Source of the DNA: Felis catus
Taxonomy: Eukaryota
Length of the DNA stretch: 64,000 nt
Reading direction: 5' to 3'
NCBI RefSeq assembly: GCF_018350175.1
Contig: NC_058368.1
Span: forward strand, 170,316,001 to 170,380,000
Shown here: piece after piece, positions 40,865 to 52,385 of the stretch
How positions within the stretch are numbered: position 1 is the first letter of the stretch
Layout: each line of letters opens with the position of its first letter
Position numbers and translations under genes: made by a program
The notes under the pieces: generated by a model
Told to the model about the DNA's origin: nothing
The model's input: the letters and a program-made list of their open reading frames with translations, nothing else
Database searches by the model: none

Positions 40865-40995
40865 CTTAATTATTTCAAGAAAATGGTTCTTCTGTATTTA
40901 AATTTATCAATACATTTTAGTTGATGGATATTTCTTGTGTAGTAAGTCTTGAATCAATTATTTCCATTTGCTTATTTGAGACAAATAGCACTTAC

Positions 40996-41051
40996 TTGCA
41001 TTAGTTAAGGGTTGTCTCATTTAAGCTTCAAATGCTCTTTCTTTGAGTCAT
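40996..41051 (-). pseudogene. Kinase alphaC exon K
   Basis: aactttttcag acceptor, perfect gtaagt donor, 56 nt. DDSKKEHLKLK*DNP*LMQ sits where subdomain III is expected. Confidence 0.5.
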
Positions 41052-41109
41052 CTGAAAAAGTTTCTGTTCACTTTATTCATCTTATTCATTGTGTCTAAGT
41101 TTCTGGTCG

Positions 41110-41300
41110 TCATACCCTTCTCAGGCTACAGCTACTGCACTTGTCCATTTACCAAGATTGGGCAAGACAGTATGAAGAGGAATTCAGGTGGATTATATAC
41201 CCACAAAACATATTCTTCCCTGTTCCCATTGTGTAAAACCAGTCCTACTTCAGGGTCAATATTTCAATGTCAATTGCCTCTGCATCTCCTTTTATTGCCA
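41110..41300 (-). mobile_element. ERVL internal fragment (dUTPase/3' pol region)
   Basis: Reverse complement resembles ERVL (attgaccctga...tacacaatggg...gaagaatatgt...taaatggacaa). Confidence 0.5.
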
Positions 41301-41884
41301 ACATTCTTGGTCATCAGCCTGAAATGTCAATGAGGCATCAGGTCTGCATCTTACTTTAAAATAATTCAGGGAAAAAATTCTTCTTTTCTCTACTCTGTAA
41401 GGTTGTGGTTGTTTCATACATATCGGCAGATGGATAGTTACACATATATATGCATTATAACATCAAATATGCGTGTTTTACAGCCTTCTTTATCCTCTGA
41501 GGGTTTCCTTAACATTGTTATTACTTCTCCCTTAATATTTTTGTAAGATTGTTATTTTTCCTTCATATTTGTATAAGATTGTTACTATGTGATAGAATTC
41601 ACCAGAAAACTGTCTGAGCCTGAAGTTACTTCTGAGTAAGGTTACTGGTTTTGAATTCAATTCCTTTCTTTTTTTTCCACTGAATTCAATTTTTTAAAAA
41701 ATAGGAATAGAGCTATTTAGATTGTATATTTCATATTGGGTCAGTTTTGCTAGTTGTTTCTCAAGCATTACGTCCAATTCCACTTAGTTTTCAAATATAT
41801 TGGTTGAAAGTTGTTTATGCAATTTCCTTATTATCCTTTTAAATTTCTGTAGTGAAATCATTTTACTCATTCCTGATATTTCTC

Positions 41885-42020
41885 TTTTTTTAAAATATAT
41901 ATTTATTTTGAGAGAGAGAGAGAGAGAGAATCCCCAACCACGGGATTTCACCAATCGTGAGATCATAACCTGTGCCAAAATCAAGGGTAGGACACTTAAC
42001 CAACTGAGTCACCCAGGCGT
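41885..42020 (-). mobile_element. CAN-SINE, internally deleted
   Basis: TSD ttcctgatatttct. Confidence 0.85.
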
Positions 42021-42340
42021 GTCAGTTCCTGATATTTCTAATTTGTACCTTTTCTCTGTATTAGTAAGGTTTCAATCATGAAACAAAACCGCTATGAATA
42101 TTATAGAAAAAGTGACTTATTCCCCAATACAATTGTAGGCTATTGGAAAAATAAGAGTCACATAAGGTCTATTAGTGGGTCACAAAAAGCTCATAAAGCA
42201 GCTGCATCCACCATCGTGAAAAACTGTCATAATTAGACAATTTGGAGCTGGTAAGAGAATTTAGGGGGTCAGGCACTTCTAGCTGCCAGATCTGATGATC
42301 TTCAGAAAGTAATGGCTGCTGCTTCATTTCTGTCTTCCAA

Positions 42341-42494
42341 TGTTTGTTTGTTTGTTTGTTTATTTGTTTGTTTTTAGTAGGCTTCACACCCAGCATGGAG
42401 CCCAATGTGGAATTGGAACTCATGACCCTGAGATCAAAACTGGAGCTGAGATCAAAAGTCCAATGCTTAATCCACTGAACCACCCAGGCACCCC
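42341..42494 (-). mobile_element. Short CAN-SINE without CT tract, (TTTG)n tail
   Basis: TSD tgtcttccaa. Confidence 0.85.
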
Positions 42495-42599
42495 ATGTCT
42501 TCCAAATTTTGTGCAAAATTCTCCTGGTCAACTCTAGTTCAAAGCCATATATGGAAAGAAATTATAGGAAGCATCAGCACCTGGTTTTATAGGCATTAA

Positions 42600-42812
42600 T
42601 GATCCCATTGCCAATGGTAAATGGAATACTAATAGTCTATTGCATGCAGTAGTAAAATAGTAATTTATATTATTACTCATTTGCCTGTAATCAAATGATT
42701 TGAGTGGCTGAATTATTGTTTCTGTCAGATATTTTAATGGATATAAGAACTATAGTAAAGTTGGTTGATGACTTCTTTTTTTAAATATCTTTTTTTAAGT
42801 TTATTTATTTAT

Positions 42813-42858
<46 letters not shown>

Positions 42859-43890
42859 AGTGGGGGAGGGGCAGAGAGAAAGAGAGAGAGAATGAGAGTG
42901 GGAGAGGGGCAGAGAGAGAGAGAGAGAGAGAGAGAGAATCCCAAGCAGCACAGAGCCTGATGTGGGGCTCGAACTCACAAACCATGAGATCATGACCTGA
43001 GCCCAAATCAAGAGTTGGACACTTAACAGAGTGAGACAACCAGACACCCCTAATTGATGATTTCTAAATGCTTGTGAGAACTTGAAAAAAGAAAATTATG
43101 TTCTCAGGACATTATATTTCCAGATTTTACTCCTGCTACTTGTCTCCCTTCTCCATACTCATACCTATAGCTTCATAGGGAAAGAAAAACTTCAGGACAA
43201 GTTTACAGATGGTTGCAGACTATATGCTGGCATTTCCTGACATGGACAGTTATGGCCATGGAAGAAACTTTCCAAATGAGTACAGATTGTAAAGATATTG
43301 GTCCCACGCGAATGTTCACAAAATAAGCAAAGGTGGATCTTAATAATCAAGTGGATAAGATGATCTGCTTTGTAGATATCACTCAGCCTCTTTCTCCAGC
43401 CACGCCTTTACTTGATAAGTGGGCTTATGAATAAATTGGCCATGTAAGCAGGGTTAGAAGTTATGCACAGACTCATCAAATGATTTTCTACTCACTAAGG
43501 TTGACTTGGCTAGAGCTTCTTCTGAATGCCTAATCTGCCAATACCAGAGACCAACAATAAACCCATCATACCACATCATTCATCAGGAGAACCAATCAGT
43601 TACCAGTGGCAGATTAACTACATTAGGCCATTTCCTTCATTTAAAAAAAAAGGGCAGTACTTTGCTCTTATTGAAGTGAATATTTATTCTGAGAAACATT
43701 TGTCTTCCCTGATCACATTACTTCTGCCAAAACCACCATCCAGTCTTACAAAACATCTACTATTCCACATAGAATTGCTTCTAACCACAGAACTCATATT
43801 TCAGCAACTGAAATATGGCAATCATCCCATGCTTAGGGAATTTACTTGTCTTATCATGTTCCTTATCACTCTAAATCAGGTGACCTGAGT
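42600..43890 (+). mobile_element. Degenerate ERVL internal sequence (leader/gag start, RNase H, integrase)
   Basis: FTDG-like and SH.N.H-like RNase H motifs; integrase-like WQINYIRPFPS...GQYFALIEVNIYS (cf. WQVDYIGPLPS..GQRFVLTGIDTYSG). Confidence 0.8.
42776..43050 (-). mobile_element. CAN-SINE with duplicated GA-rich unit
   Basis: TSD ttgatga(c/t)ttct; gagagaatgagagtggg occurs twice. Confidence 0.92.
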
Positions 43891-44119
43891 CCATAGTGAA
43901 AACCATTTTTAATGTTACATTCATTCGTTTGAAGGTAGCCCATCTTACTTCTCTGGCTGATTATGAGATTTTTCTCTTTTTTTTGTTTTCAGCATTTCCA
44001 TATTATATTTCTAGGTGTGGATTTCTTTTTATTTGCTTTGCTCTGTATTTTTGGCCTTTAAATTTGCATATTGTTATCTTCTGTCTATTCCAGAAATTCA
44101 ACAGCCATTATCTTTATAC

Positions 44120-44334
44120 ATTTTTTTTTAATTTTTTAATGTTTATTTATTTTTGAGAGAGAGACAGATTGTGAGTGGGGGAGGAGCAGAGAGAGAGGGA
44201 GACACAGAATCCGATGCAGACTCCAGGCTCTGAGCTGTCAGCACAGAGCCCAACACAGGGCTTGATCCCAAGGACTGTGAGATCACATTCTGAGCCCAAG
44301 TCGGATGCTTAACTGACTAAGCTACCAGGTACCC
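44120..44334 (-). mobile_element. CAN-SINE
   Basis: TSD core gccatta. Confidence 0.9.
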
Positions 44335-44546
44335 TGCCATTAACTTTTTAAATATTGTCTCTTCCCCATACTTTTTCTTCTACACCTCTTGGACTTCAAT
44401 TAAATATATGTTAGATATTTCTATTTTATCTTCTATGTTTTTTGCTTTCCCTCTCCTGTTTTCTTTTTTTCCTCTCACTATTGTATTTTCCATAGTGTCT
44501 CCTGACTCTGTTGTTGTTTTGCTATTGTTGTTGTTATTCTTCATGC

Positions 44547-44777
44547 ATTTCTGAAAATCATTTTAAATCTATTGGAATAAAGTGGAGTATAAAACATAAT
44601 TCTCCAGGGCGCCTGGATGGCTCAGTCGGTTGAGTGTCTGACTTCGACTCAGGTCATGATCTCGTGATCTGTGAGTCCGAGCCCCACGTCCGGCACTGTG
44701 CTGATAGCTTAGAGCCTAGAGCCTGCTTTGGATTCTGTGTCTCCCTCTCTCTCTGCCCCTCCCCTGCTCATGCTCTG

Positions 44778-44808
<31 letters not shown>

Positions 44809-44919
44809 GTCAAAAATAAATAAACATTAAAATTTTTTTAAAAGCAATTCTCCACATTTCCATGTTTCACTGTATTTTCCAAATTATTATTGCATTCTCT
44901 GTATTTCTGTGAATTTTAA
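44547..44919 (-). pseudogene. Kinase subdomain I-II exon J, split by a SINE
   Basis: Strong acceptor tttttatcttcattacttttcag. With SINE 44607-44845 and one TSD removed it reads FKIHRNTENAIII then FGKYSETWKCGELCFILHFIPIDLK, resembling WEIPR...GxGxFG.VWKG.L...VAVK. Donor is degenerate. Confidence 0.6.
44607..44845 (+). mobile_element. CAN-SINE inserted in kinase exon J
   Basis: TSD aattctcca at 44598-44606 and 44846-44854. Confidence 0.93.
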
Positions 44920-45264
44920 CTGAAAAGTAATGAAGATAAAAAGGACAAAAAGGCAGCTGCTTAAAGATGGCAGTGTCAGCCTATTCATACATATAAGTAT
45001 TGAAGTAAAGCAAAACAGATCAGAAATAGCAAAAAGGAAGCAGTAACTTGAGATATGACAATGTTATCAATAATTATGAGTAGGGCAGGTAAATTAATAA
45101 AAAATAGGGATCAGAAAGTGCTAAAAAGGAACAAACAGCTGGAAACATGGGAATTTGATCTCACTCACTGTACAGTCAGTGATACAACTTTTACATATTT
45201 GTTCAATAGTAATTGAGTCAGAAAAAAATTAAAATGGATGTTCTGTTTTTAAAATTTTACTCAC

Positions 45265-45350
45265 AATTACAGCATCTGTGATGGTTTATGTTGTGCATTC
45301 CCTCATTTCCTGCCAAGTGCTTATTTGAATCATCAACAATCTGCTGCTAC
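45265..45350 (-). pseudogene. Candidate cytoplasmic juxtamembrane exon I
   Basis: attgttagcag acceptor, gtgagt donor. QQIVDDSNKHLAGNEGMHNINHHRCCN ends in phase 1, matching exon J. Confidence 0.4.
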
Positions 45351-46099
45351 CTGCTAACAATAGCAATGGGTGATAGCACACTGAGTACAGTAGACGATGT
45401 AAACACATTCAACAGATAATAATGATGTAAGAACATGTGTTCTTTTAAATTATTATAACAGATACTTCTTCTTAATAATCAGTAACATGCTTGAGGTATG
45501 TTTTCATGAGCACTGAGAAAAAAGAACTCTTCTTGACCTTGCCTTTAGCATTTTCCCCTCATATTAAAGCAAAATAGTATAGTGGTTAAATGTACTTTTT
45601 GGGCTGACTGAAATGGTTAGATATTTAAAATCTATTGTTTACTATACACGTTATTTCACTTCTTTAAGCTCTAGTTACTTAACTGGCAAAATGAAAATAA
45701 AATGTTCACTTATGTTATAGATTTCATTGTGTTCCCCTAATGAGAAAATGCATAAAAAGCACTTAGTATGAGTTCTTGACACCTAGTAAATGTTGCGAGA
45801 ATTGTAGGCTATCACTATGATCTCCTGGTGGGGCTGGCTTCCAGGTAAGGATATATCTGTATGGAAGGAAACACTGAATTTTATTCATGGTAAAAGAGAC
45901 TAGGGAGCCCAAGGACTTTCAAGGTTACAAATGTTTTGAGGTCCCCGTAATATCTAAGGATGTCACGTGCCTAGGGCTACAGGAGGATCCGGGTCCTATC
46001 TCACACCACACTTGAATTTTTCCCCCAACCCAGCAATTTCATTCAGGGCTGCATAATACTCGAGCTTTCACATAAAACAAAAATGAAGCAAAACTTACG

Positions 46100-46352
46100 A
46101 TCATGGTGGGGTGGGGAGTGGAAAACCAGGCAAACCAAGAAATAGACTCTTAATTGTAAAGAACACACTGATGGTTACCAGTGGTGAGGAGGTGGGGGGA
46201 TGAGTGAAACAGGTCATGGGGATTAAGGGGTACACTTGTTGTGATGAGTACCAGGTGCTGTATGCAAGTGTTGAATCAGTAAATTGTACATCTGAAACTA
46301 ATATTACACTATGTTAACTAACTGGAATTTAAATAAAAACTCATTAAAAAAA
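46100..46352 (+). mobile_element. L1_Carn-type 3'UTR end
   Basis: gaaactaatattacactatgttaactaactggaatttaaataaaa plus A tail. Confidence 0.85.
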
Positions 46353-46560
46353 GAAGCATACTAAAAGATCTGTATGCTTGAAAACAAATAGAAGAGAGCA
46401 GGATATAGTAGAAATTCTGGAAAATGGGCAAGTGAGTAAAATCAAGAATGCTTCTATAGGAGGGATGGAAAACAATACAGAACAAAAACATTTTAAGACT
46501 TTGTGCTGATAGAGGAAACTGGTGATAAGTTTCGAAACTGGACATTGAAATACATGGATA

Positions 46561-46770
46561 GGGGCACCTGATTGACTCAGTTGGTTAAGCACCTGACTTC
46601 AGCTCAAGTCATAATCTCGCAGCTCATGAGTTCAAGTCCCATATCAGGTTCTGTGCTGACAGCACGGAACCCACTTAGGATCCTCTGTCTTCCTCTCTTT
46701 CTGCCCCTCCCCAGCTTCTGCTTTCTCTGTCTGTCTCTCTCTCCTTTTCCCTCTGAAAAATAAATAAACA

Positions 46771-46812
<42 letters not shown>
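46561..46812 (+). mobile_element. CAN-SINE with (AAAT)n tail
   Basis: TSD aaatacatgga. Confidence 0.92.
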
Positions 46813-46814
<2 letters not shown>

Positions 46815-47184
46815 AATACATGGACAGTGTCTACCGGTAGAGTTAGGTTGTATGCATACATGAGAAGAGGGCGTGTAGGAGAAAGAAATAGGATATATAA
46901 TCACCTCTAGACTTGTTAATAAGAGTGCCTATTTTTCCTGTAATTTGAGGGACTAATGTAAAAGATCATAATAAATATAATGGCTACACAGATTATTGAA
47001 TAATATGTCATCTCACTGTGTCCCTCCTATCTATAAATAAAGAAGGCTCCATATAGGCATAGGGATAATAAAAGTACTATCAAGGAAATTGTAATAGATT
47101 TTTCTGGTTCATCAACTATACTGAATAGTTGAGTCAAATTTAGATCAGTCCCAATCTGCCCCTGAGTTAAGATGACTGTAAGGC

Positions 47185-47280
47185 TTTTTTAATTTTTTAA
47201 TTTTTTTTTTGTTTGTTTTTTGGTTCAAAAAGGTGATTTTATTGAAGCATGGGGACAGGACCCATGGGCAGGAAGAACTT
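47185..47280 (-). mobile_element. Poly(A)-tailed retrocopy of an LTR R region
   Basis: Reverse complement matches 28051-28111 of the local LTR, then an A-rich tail; flanked by ctgtaag at 47176-47182 and 47282-47288. Confidence 0.85.
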
Positions 47281-47950
47281 CCTGTAAGATCATTTTCAAC
47301 ATAAGGTTTAAATAAAAAATTAAAGTTTAAGTCTATAGAAATTATCACAATAGCTTATTTACTTAAGCCAGTCAATGAAAATGTTGCTAAATTTATAAAA
47401 TTTTGAACCTTTTGAAGGCTTTTAAAATTAACGTAAGTAAAGAGCAAATGTCTCCTATCAGAGAAACTCTCAACAAATAGAAATTTTTGAAAATGATTAC
47501 AGGTATACAATATAAGGACTTTTTTTCTCTTCACTAGATTAACATGTTATCTCCAAACTTCTTAATATTCATATATTTCAAACTTATAAAAGTTAGGTTA
47601 TATGTGTGGAGGCATGAGTATCATACACTTGTAGATGAGGAAATGACCATGCATTTACATTAGACTCCCCCCCCAAAAATATTTCACCATCAAAATAGAG
47701 GCTTCATTACTTCTGAAAAATGAAGCAAATTTTAGTATTTAATAATACTAAAATAGAAGATATTCCTCTTAAAGTATCAACTTAGGTCATATATATAATA
47801 TTAACTCTATAATTACTTCATAATTTCTTAGTGGAAATATTCTTCATTTCCAGTTCAAGGCTATGTATTAATGAAATTGGCATCACAGTAGCCCCACTAA
47901 ATATCAATTAAAATGGCCAGAACAAAAATCAGAAAGAAAAGCTAACTTAC

Positions 47951-48072
47951 AAAAAAGTAAGAAATTAGCAAAATCAAAGCTATGCAGAAAAGCTGCTGAT
48001 AGCAGTGAAGACTGAAGAGAAAGCAACAAGGAAAATTTAACCTCTGTAGGTCTTGGTCAGGTACACAGTCCT
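47951..48072 (-). pseudogene. Transmembrane exon H
   Basis: aacttattttcag acceptor, perfect gtaagt donor, 122 nt. [12 protein letters not shown]...[13 protein letters not shown]. An alternative frame in the middle gives [15 protein letters not shown], so a long hydrophobic helix can be rebuilt. Confidence 0.65.
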
Positions 48073-48436
48073 CTGAAAATAAGTTAAACATTCTGAGGGA
48101 CTGGACCAATTGTCTCTTGTTTGGAAAGTCAAAATTTGGAAGCATAGGAATCTTGAAAATGTATTGTTGAGTCCCATTTGACTCCCAAAATGGCAGAAAC
48201 AGGAAATATATATATATAGATATGCCATCTTTGCAAAAAGTATATTTCAATGTGGAAAGATTGAGAATAAAAAGTGCAAACAGTTCTTTGGCTGATGATT
48301 TTAGAAATAAATGCAAAACTTCCTTATAAAGAACTCTTAAAATACAAGAATTCACTACTGGCCAGAAATAATACCTGTACTTTGAGAGTATAGATATACC
48401 TATAAGATAGTAATATCCACAAAAGTATTCAAATAA

Positions 48437-49036
48437 TTCTATATTGTTTATTTCTGCTCTTATCTTTATTATTTCTCTTGTTCTGCTGGGTTTGGGGTGT
48501 CTTTGCTGCTCTGCTTCTATTTCCTTTAGGCGTGCTGTTAGATTTTGAATTTGGGATTTTTCTTGTTTCTTGAGATAGGCCTGTATTGCAATGTATTTTC
48601 CTCTCAGGACTGCCTTCGCTGCATCCCAAAGTGTTTGGATTGTTGTATTTTCATTTTCATTTGTTTCCATATATTTTTTAATTTCTTCTCTAATTGCCTG
48701 GTTGGCCTTTTGTAGCAATGTGGATGGAACTGGAGAGTGTTATGCTAAGTGAAATAAGTCACACAGAGAAAGATAGATACCATATGTTTTCACTCTTATG
48801 TGGATCCTGAGAAACTTAACAGAAGACCATGGGGGAGGGGAAGGAAAAAAAAAGTTAGAGAGGGAGAGAGCCAAACCATAAGATACTCTTGAAAACTAGA
48901 ACAATCTGAGGGTTGATGGGGGGTGAGAGGGAGGAGAGGGTGGGTGATGGGTATTGAAGAGGACACCTGTTGGGATGAGCACTGGGTGTTGTATGGAAAC
49001 CAATTTGACAATAAGTTTCATATTAAAAAAATAAGA
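48437..49036 (+). mobile_element. 5'-inverted L1_Fc with large internal deletion
   Basis: TSD aaaagtattcaaataa on both sides; antisense ORF2 piece at 48437-~48705 ([16 protein letters not shown]...[15 protein letters not shown]); sense 3' end with poly(A). Confidence 0.92.
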
Positions 49037-49143
49037 AAAAAGTATTCAAATAAAATTTAAGCATGTTGGCTTACCCCAATCCTTTAGCACCTCTTTACAC
49101 TATCCTTCAACAGATAACTGATCTATTAAGAGTGGGGTGACAT

Positions 49144-51155
49144 GAATTCAGCAGAGTCACAAGATATAAAATCAATGTACAAAAATCTGTTGCATTTTCA
49201 TACACCAATAATGAAGGTGCAGAAAAAGAAATAAAGGAATCAATACCAGTTATAATTGCACTGAAAACCATAAAATACCTAGGAAAAAACCTGACCAAAG
49301 ATGTAAAAGATCTGAATGCTAAAAATCATAGAAAACTTATGAAAGAAATTGAAGAAGACACAAAGAAATGGAAAAGCATGCTCATGGATTGGAGGAACAG
49401 ATGTTGTTAAAATGCAAAAATTCCTTATAAAGAACTCTTAAAATACAAGAATTCACCAGAATTAACCAGAAACAGCACCTGAACTTTGAGAGTGCAGATA
49501 TACCTATAAGATAGTAATAACCATAAAAGTATTCAAATACTACCCAAAGCAATCCTTACCTGCATTCTTCACAGAGCTGGAACAAGCAATTCTGAAATTT
49601 GTGTGGAACCAGAAAAGACCCCAAATAGCCAAAGTAATATTGAAAAAGAAAACCAAAGCTGGAGGCATCACAATTCCAGACTTCAAGCTGTATTAAAAAG
49701 CTGTAATCATCAAGACAGTATGGTATTGGCACAAAAACAGACACAAAGATCAATGGGACAGAATAAAGAACCCAAAAATGGACCCACAAATTTATGGCCA
49801 ACTAATCCTTGACAAAGCAAGAAAGAAAATCCAATGGAAAAAAGACAGTTTCTTCAGGAACAGGTGTTGGGAAAACTGGACAACTGGACAGCAGAAGAAT
49901 GAAACTGGACCACTTTCTTACACCATTCACAAAAATAAACTCAAAATGGATGAAAGACCTAAATATAAGACAAGAAACCATCAAAATCCTAGAGAAGAAA
50001 ACAGGCAACAACCTCTCTGGTCTCGGCCACAGTAACTGCTTAGTAGACATGTCTCTGAAGGGAAACAAAAGCAAAAATGAACTTTTGGGACCTCATCAAG
50101 ATAAAAACCTTCTGCAAAGAAAAGGAAACAGTCAACAAAACTAAAAGGCAACTGATGGAATGGAAGAAGATATTTGCAAATGACATATAAGATAAAGTGT
50201 CAGTATCCAAAATCTATACAGAACTTATCAAACTCAGCACTCAAAAAACAAGTAATCCAATGAAGAAATGAACAAAAGACATGAGCAGACACTTTTCAAA
50301 AGAAGAAATCCAGATGGCTAACACATGAAAAAATGTTCAACATTACTCATCATGAGGGAAATACAGATCAAAACCACTATGAGATACCACCTCACACCTG
50401 TCAGAATGGCTAAAATTAACAACACCAGAAACTATAGGTGTTGGTGAGGATGCAGATAAAGAACACTTTTGCATTGTTGGTAGGAATGCAAACTTGTGCA
50501 GCCACTCTGGAGAACAGTACAGAGGTTCCTCAAAAAATTAAAAATAGAGCTACCCTATAACCCAGCAATTGCACTACTAAGTATTTATCCAAAGGATACA
50601 AAAATGATGATTTGAAGGGGCATATGTACCTCAATGTTTATAGCAGCACTATCAACAATAGCCAAATTATGGAAAGATCCCAAATGTCCATTGACTGATG
50701 AATGGACAAAGAAGATGTGACCTATATATACAATGGAATACTACTCGGTGATCAAAAAGAATGAAATCTTGCCATTTGCAACAACGTGAATGGAACTAGA
50801 ATGTATTATGCTAAGCAAAATAATTCAGTCAGAGAAAGAAAAATATCATATGATTTCACTCATATGTGGAATTTAAGAAACAAAACAGATGAATATAGGG
50901 GAAGGGAAGGAAAAAAGATAAAAACAGTGGAAGGAGAACCTTAAGAGTCTCTTAAATACAGAGAACAAACTGAAGGTTGCTGGAGAGGTGTTGGGTGGGA
51001 TGATGGACATTAAGGAGGGCACTTTTGGGGATGAGCACTGGGTGTTATATGTAAGTGATGAATCACTAAATTCTACTCCTGAAATCATTATTACACTATA
51101 TGTTAACTACCTTGGATTTAAATAACATTTTAAAAAAAGAAATTTGAAAAAAAAA
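49144..51155 (+). mobile_element. 5'-truncated L1_Carn-type element (~2 kb)
   Basis: Degenerate ORF2 3' half, 3'UTR and A tail; TSD aaga(g/a)tgg(g)gtg(a/c)cat. Confidence 0.92.
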
Positions 51156-51171
51156 AGAATGGGTGCCATTT

Positions 51172-51385
51172 GGGAGCCTAGGTTGCTCAGTTGATTAAGC
51201 ATCTGACTTTGGCTCAGGCCATGATCTCATGGTTCATGAGTTAGAGCCCTACCTTGGGCTCTGCTATCAGTGTGGAGCCCACTTTGCATCCTCTGTCTCC
51301 CTTTGCTCCTCCCCTGCTTACATGCATGAGCTTTCTCTTTCTCAAAAATAAACATTTTAAAAAATTAATATAATAATAATAATAA
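51172..51385 (+). mobile_element. CAN-SINE
   Basis: TSD aaagaatgggtg(c/a)cattt. Confidence 0.9.
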
Positions 51386-52385
51386 AGAATGGGTGACATT
51401 TTAACATGAGTATGAACAAGAAAGGAACCAGCAAGGAAATGGGAAGGGACATGCCAAAAAAAAAAAAAAAAAGGAAAATGAAGAATATAAACCATAAAAA
51501 TATGCATATGAAGTAGATAAAAAAATGCAAATAATTCTTTATAAAGTGAACATTCTCTCTGAAAACTAGTGAAATAAGAGCTATAGAAGCTCAATGAAGA
51601 CATAAGACTATTGAAAACATCCAAAATTAGCTCAGAAAAGAATATAAGTCAAACTATTTCAATTAAAAGAAGTATTCAGTAACATTTTTATATACCAGGT
51701 CAATGTAAAAAATACATTCCTATAAACTAACAATCAGATAATATAGTCTTTTAAGTCATATATAGCACATATATGAAATAAATCTAACCAAGGATAACTG
51801 AAACAAATCCTTTAATGTAGATATGCCATCTGAAAATGTATTGGAATATTTTTAAAAAAGACCAAAATAAATATAGATGAGAGATATATAATGTTTATAA
51901 ATGGTAAGACTCAATACTGTGATGATAGAAATGTTCACTGAATTTATCTATAATTTTAATCACATATTTTTTGTAGAATACAAGATAATCCTAAATTTGA
52001 TATGGGATGGTTTAAGCATCTTGAATGATCTGGACAATTCTGAGTAGAAAAAGTACAAGAAAATAATGTGTACTATTGAAAATCAAGAAATATTATAAAG
52101 TACTAAATTAGTGAGTATTGATGCAAGGTAGACAAATAGATCAGAATAGACAGCTGACAGAAATATCTATACATATTATACATGTTAAATATATATAATA
52201 CATATAAGAATTTTATAAATGAAATAGCACGAGAATTCAATGAGATTTATGAGAAAAAAATTAGAGTCCTATTTTATACCATTTACAGAAATAAGTTAAA
52301 AGAATAGAATATTCAAAACCAAGAAGGGAAATATAAGAGATTATTTTTAAGAATTAAAATTAGGAATTTTAAAAATAAGACTCAG

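Noticed and set aside
47942..48718. 258-aa minus-strand ORF
   Set aside because: Chimera of an inverted L1 ORF2 piece, intron sequence and the pseudogene TM exon; not a gene.
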